From an archaeon (GTDB taxonomy: Archaea; Asgardarchaeota; Thorarchaeia; Thorarchaeales; Thorarchaeaceae), in contig JAJRWI010000025.1 in the NCBI GenBank assembly GCA_024276825.1, positions 1 through 63,871 of the forward strand: a stretch of 63,871 nt of DNA, in the 5' to 3' direction. The notes below the pieces were generated by a model. It worked only from the letters and a program-made list of their open reading frames with translations, was not told where the DNA came from and searched no databases. A program made the translations under genes and the position numbers. Positions 59,883 to 63,871 of the stretch are shown one piece after another; the first letter of the stretch is position 1, and each line of letters starts with the position of its first letter.

Positions 59883-61163
59883 TCATTGCCATCTAACCGA
59901 TGCAAGAAAAACAGGTATCTCCTTTTTGTCAAGCAGAAAGATTCTATCAAGATGTTTTGGTTTTTTCCCTGATTTATAACCCCATTTTACTTCAAATCCA
60001 ATCTGTTTATCATTAATGATGCATACCGAATCAACTTCAGATGTATTTCTCCAGAAAAACACATTGCTAACTCTTGAAAGATGGGAAACAACAATAGATT
60101 CTACAATAGTTTCATCCAGAATTTGAGCTCCCGTATATGCTCCGAATGCTTGATAAATAGAGGGATCAGTTATGTGAATTTTCTTGTTTTTTCGATAGAG
60201 AATTTTGAAATCAGGTGAGATTATATTGAGCGCCCTGACAACAAAGAGATTTTCAAGTGTTTCAACATAAGATTGAGCAGTATGAGGGGAATTCAGGGAT
60301 GTATCCCTAGCAATCCCCAACCAGCTTACAGGCTGAACTCTTGCCTTCAGAATAAATGCAATTATTTCTTTCATGTATCTGTCGCTTCTACCAGTTTTTC
60401 TCCAATCCCCTCTGAGCCAGTCGAGATATATTTTGAGAGTTCTTGTTGTGACTCTTCCCTTCTCAAAGAATTCTATAGATGGAATGGGAAATCCGCCTGT
60501 TTTCAAATATTTGGTAAATAGTTCCAAGAGTTTTTCAGAAAATATTCTGTTTGCATTCACGCAATTTGTTACTCCATCTAGATCGTTCAGCCTTGTTTTT
60601 TTAAGTTCAAGCCCACCGAAAATTTCAGTATATTCTCCAAAGCTAAGAGGATGAAGAATTAGGTCTTTGCCTTCCCCTCTTCTTCCAGGGAATAATTCTT
60701 TTTGCTTAAGAAGATCAATACTTGCGGAACCCGTTACCAGAACCACATCGTTCTTCAACACCCTCTTATCAATTCTGGACTTTATTGATCTCCACCAGTC
60801 CTCAACAAATGTTATTTCATCCAAGATTATCACGGATTTTTTTATCCCCAACTCCCGTCTTGCGGAAAAATAACTGTCAAGTAATTCCCCAAGCTCTCTG
60901 TAATCTATAATCTCATCGCATGAATAGTAGAATATTGATTTTGGATCCCATCCCGATTTAAGAAGTCTGTGGATGAATATTTTTAGTGCTGTTGTCTTGC
61001 CCACCTGCCTTGCACCTATGAGAAAATATAGCGCGAATTTTTCTGTTGAGATCTTATCGATTATTTCTGGTGTCCACTTGATTTTAGATGCTCTCCACTC
61101 TTCATATATGTCATCAGGTTCTTTCATCCACCAAGGATTCTGGCTTTCCATTTGCAATGGCAT
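59883..61163 (-). CDS. AAA_14 ATPase with DUF4143 domain
   Basis: QNPWW, GARQVGKTT, ILDEI, TGS, TGGFP, EVD...FEVKW; AT-rich. Confidence 0.9.
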   Translation of the reverse strand: MPLQMESQNPWWMKEPDDIYEEWRASKIKWTPEIIDKISTEKFALYFLIGARQVGKTTALKIFIHRLLKSGWDPKSIFYYSCDEIIDYRELGELLDSYFSARRELGIKKSVIILDEITFVEDWWRSIKSRIDKRVLKNDVVLVTGSASIDLLKQKELFPGRRGEGKDLILHPLSFGEYTEIFGGLELKKTRLNDLDGVTNCVNANRIFSEKLLELFTKYLKTGGFPIPSIEFFEKGRVTTRTLKIYLDWLRGDWRKTGRSDRYMKEIIAFILKARVQPVSWLGIARDTSLNSPHTAQSYVETLENLFVVRALNIISPDFKILYRKNKKIHITDPSIYQAFGAYTGAQILDETIVESIVVSHLSRVSNVFFWRNTSEVDSVCIINDKQIGFEVKWGYKSGKKPKHLDRIFLLDKKEIPVFLASVRWQ

Positions 61164-61299
61164 TGCAAATTACTATTTAAGAATTTTGCAATGATAATGC
61201 ATACCTAATTTCAACTACCAATTAAAACAATTTATTTTAAACGATGATTAGCAATGTAGAAATTCATGACTGATTGCAACCTTCATTTCATCTCTTCAT

Positions 61300-61484
61300 C
61301 GTTCATTGTAAGTTGGACATTCTTGGAAATCAGAGTCCAGTCCTTCCTGGAACGGCACAGGACTGCTTTTCATTTGTATGTTTTGTGTCACTCAATTTAG
61401 GATCATACATTTTTCAAGGGTTCTATCAGACATTTGTTTGAAGAGTGTCTAAGTTTGTCCCATTTCTCAGCATCTGTGCGCAAC
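61300..61484. mobile_element. ~185-bp non-autonomous element, copy 2
   Basis: Matches 13787-13966 with about a dozen substitutions and one 5-bp indel (manual count). Confidence 0.8.
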
Positions 61485-61828
61485 CCCCATTCCATTGTCC
61501 CACTCACAGAATCCCCGTGCGTACTCATTAGGTATTCCAGTTGTTTCAGTAACATAGTGATGAATATTATATAGTAATGTCCAAGCCCAGCATAAGTTGA
61601 AACCAAGTCCCAAGAGTCACTAAGAAGACACTTCCCATAAGATGTATACGAGTTCACATCTACAAAGTAATCAAGCTATCCTGCAAGTGAATCGGTTATC
61701 GCATCCCTCATTTCATGTTGGAAGTGTCCTTCTGTATGAATTGTAGTTGCATCGACTTGAACTATTGTTAAACCAATTATTGCGAAAACAAGCAGGGATA
61801 CTCCTATTGATTTAGAAATATATTTCAT
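61485..61828 (-). pseudogene. Decayed secreted-protein gene (signal peptide, in-frame TAG at 61676-61678) running into element copy 2
   Basis: MKYISKSIGVSLLVFAIIGLTIVQVDA...LAG*LDYFVDVNSY... continues in frame. Confidence 0.5.
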
Positions 61829-62237
61829 TTTTAATGATCCCTCTCAGGAGTATCTGATATAGCATAAAGAGTAATTGCATTCACGAGAGTATATTGGTCC
61901 CACATATCAGAACTTCCCCAATACATTTGAGGTTAATAGGTGATAATTAGTAATTAACCTCCAATTTCATCAATTGAACTTTATTTTATTGGTTTTATTA
62001 TTCTTGTTAATGCAGCATCGTGTTATTTTAGAAACATTATTAGAAATGAGTTAATTATGGTTATTAAATATACAAAATATTTAATGGGATAATAGAAGAC
62101 GGTAAGATTTCTATGTGCATTAATAATTGCCATTTGGATTTGAAAAAAAACAATGAATTAATGCAATCTTGTCCCCTTATAGCATATTCTGGCAAATTGG
62201 AAAGCAATATCAGTCACCGATATATTAGAATGATATT

Positions 62238-63056
62238 ATGACAAGACCTCTCTGGTTTGTGGAGATGCTGAAGAGGGCATTTCCAGCAAAGCACCTTCTC
62301 GCAAAGATCACACTCATCCCGTTCTTTGGAGGGGTCATTGAGAGGTTTTTCTTTGCCAATGATCACATAATCTATCTTCCAATGGACAATGTTGTCAATA
62401 TTCAGGTCAATCAAAACCTGGAACAGTCAGGGGAGATGGTATTGCCATCGGACATTGTCCATAGGATGATTGACAAAGCGAACTTCATTTGGATGATGAG
62501 CTTCTGCATCTGTCGAGTCGCCAATCACTGTACGGACTATCCCCAAGGGTATGGCTGCCTGTTCATGGGCGAGGCTGCTAGAGGTATCAATCCAGACCTT
62601 GGAAGAGAGGTTTCCAGAGCAGAGGCACATGAATACATCAGGAATGCGGCAAAGGCGGGACTTGTTCATATGATTGGGAGAAATAAGATCGATACTATGT
62701 GGCTGGGTGTTGGCCCCGGCGATAGGCTACTAACAGTATGTAATTGTTGTCCATGTTGCTGTCTATGGACAATCCTCCCTGATCTGCATCCAGATATTGC
62801 AAAAAAGGTTTCGAGAATGCCAGGAGTAAGTGTGAATGTCAATGATGGATGCTCTGGGTGCGGTGAGTGTATAAATGTCTGCTTTGTCAATGCAATCTCA
62901 ATGATTAACAATAAGGCAGTCATCAGTGATGAGTGCAGAGGATGCGGGCGTTGTTTTCAAGTCTGTCCGGTCAATGCAATTAAGATTAGATATGACAATT
63001 TAGATGGCCCCACAAAATCAATTGATCAGTTGACTCGCAGGGTTGATGTCACTTAG
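62238..63056 (+). CDS. 4Fe-4S ferredoxin-domain protein
   Basis: CICR..C, CNCCPCCC, CSGCGECINVC and CRGCGRCFQVCP. Confidence 0.9.
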   Translation: MTRPLWFVEMLKRAFPAKHLLAKITLIPFFGGVIERFFFANDHIIYLPMDNVVNIQVNQNLEQSGEMVLPSDIVHRMIDKANFIWMMSFCICRVANHCTDYPQGYGCLFMGEAARGINPDLGREVSRAEAHEYIRNAAKAGLVHMIGRNKIDTMWLGVGPGDRLLTVCNCCPCCCLWTILPDLHPDIAKKVSRMPGVSVNVNDGCSGCGECINVCFVNAISMINNKAVISDECRGCGRCFQVCPVNAIKIRYDNLDGPTKSIDQLTRRVDVT

Positions 63057-63179
63057 TCTTGCAGAACTTGACCTTACAGTTCGGCAAAAGAGTGATGTTC
63101 AGATTGACTGATCCATCACTCAAAGGTGACCTGAAGTCTACCATCTTACTGAGCTCCGAGTTAATTCATATCAGACTTC

Positions 63180-63871
63180 TTACTCAAAGACATCGGTTGA
63201 GAGATAGCGTTCCCCAGTATCAGGGACAATCGCAAGAAGACGCTTTCTGCCACCGACTTCTTTAGCTATCTTCAACATGGTTGCTACTGCAGCACCAGAT
63301 GACACTCCTGCAAAAATCCCTTCTTTCCTAGCAAGCTGTCGTGCTGCCGAAACTGAGTCAGCATAATTCACTGTACGAATCTCATCAATCACATCAAGAT
63401 CTAGTACGCTCGGAACAAATCCAGCTCCGATTCCCTGTATCTTATGTGGTCCGCTTCGGTTCATTGAGAGTACTGGAGACTCCTCAGGCTCAACAGCAAT
63501 GATTCGAACTTCTGGAAACTCCCTCTTCAAGACTGGAGCAACACCAGTGATTGTGCCACCAGTGCCGACACCTGCAATGAAATAGTCCAGCTTGTCTTCA
63601 ACAGCCTCTATGATCTCTCTTGCAGTGGTTTCCCGATGAACTTGTGGGTTTGCTGGGTTCTCGAATTGTTGTGGGATGAAATAGGACTTAGGGTCTTGCG
63701 CAACGATTCTCTCAGCAACTTTCACAGCACCTGCCATTCCATCAGAGGCGGGACTAAGGACAAGCTCTGCACCCAAAGCAGTCAAAATACGTCGGCGTTC
63801 AATGCTCACTGTTTCGGGCATGACGAGAACAAGGGAGTACCCCTTTGCTGCCGCCACCATTGCCAGACCAA
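63180..63871 (-). CDS. cysK: Cysteine synthase A (5' end beyond window)
   Basis: VMPETVSIER, QQFENPAN, GVGTGGT, HKIQGIG, GVSSG, PDTGERYLST. Confidence 0.93.
   Translation of the reverse strand, partial: GLAMVAAAKGYSLVLVMPETVSIERRRILTALGAELVLSPASDGMAGAVKVAERIVAQDPKSYFIPQQFENPANPQVHRETTAREIIEAVEDKLDYFIAGVGTGGTITGVAPVLKREFPEVRIIAVEPEESPVLSMNRSGPHKIQGIGAGFVPSVLDLDVIDEIRTVNYADSVSAARQLARKEGIFAGVSSGAAVATMLKIAKEVGGRKRLLAIVPDTGERYLSTDVFE

Noticed and set aside
1-63871. tRNA, rRNA, CRISPR arrays, integrase or transposase genes
   Set aside because: None recognised by eye; tRNAscan-SE and Infernal would be needed to exclude small RNAs

Overview
Archaeal chromosomal segment, most likely from an Asgard archaeon (Thorarchaeota-like). 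This is inferred from a Rab-like small GTPase, a longin-type domain, archaeal TrmI/AOR/A-type ATPase subunits, a form IV RuBisCO-like protein and Fhs/FolD. A gene-dense metabolic backbone carries folD-fhs, RLP, FGGY kinases, glmM-like mutase, bshB/bshA/bshC, pyrF, a split A/V-ATPase cluster (I,H,E,K,C), LarA-like, AOR, a stand-alone NuoJ-K-L-M-N-like membrane arm and cysK. It is interrupted by short AT-rich accessory patches: three toxin-antitoxin loci, an HATPase+STAS pair, a SAMHD1-like HD + YwgA-like pair, a secreted glycine-zipper protein + 4TM pair, AAA ATPases and pseudogenes. Most interesting observations: (1) a small coiled-coil/Pro-rich protein ending in a near copy of the Ena/VASP F-actin-binding motif; (2) a complete bacillithiol biosynthesis locus in an archaeon; (3) a ~180-bp non-coding mobile element in three copies, one precisely interrupting a DUF5714 gene, with sub-terminal inverted repeats and no conventional terminal repeats; (4) an MFS transporter fused to a longin-like domain. 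No rRNA, tRNA or CRISPR array was recognised. All family assignments come from motif recognition by eye, not from database searches.
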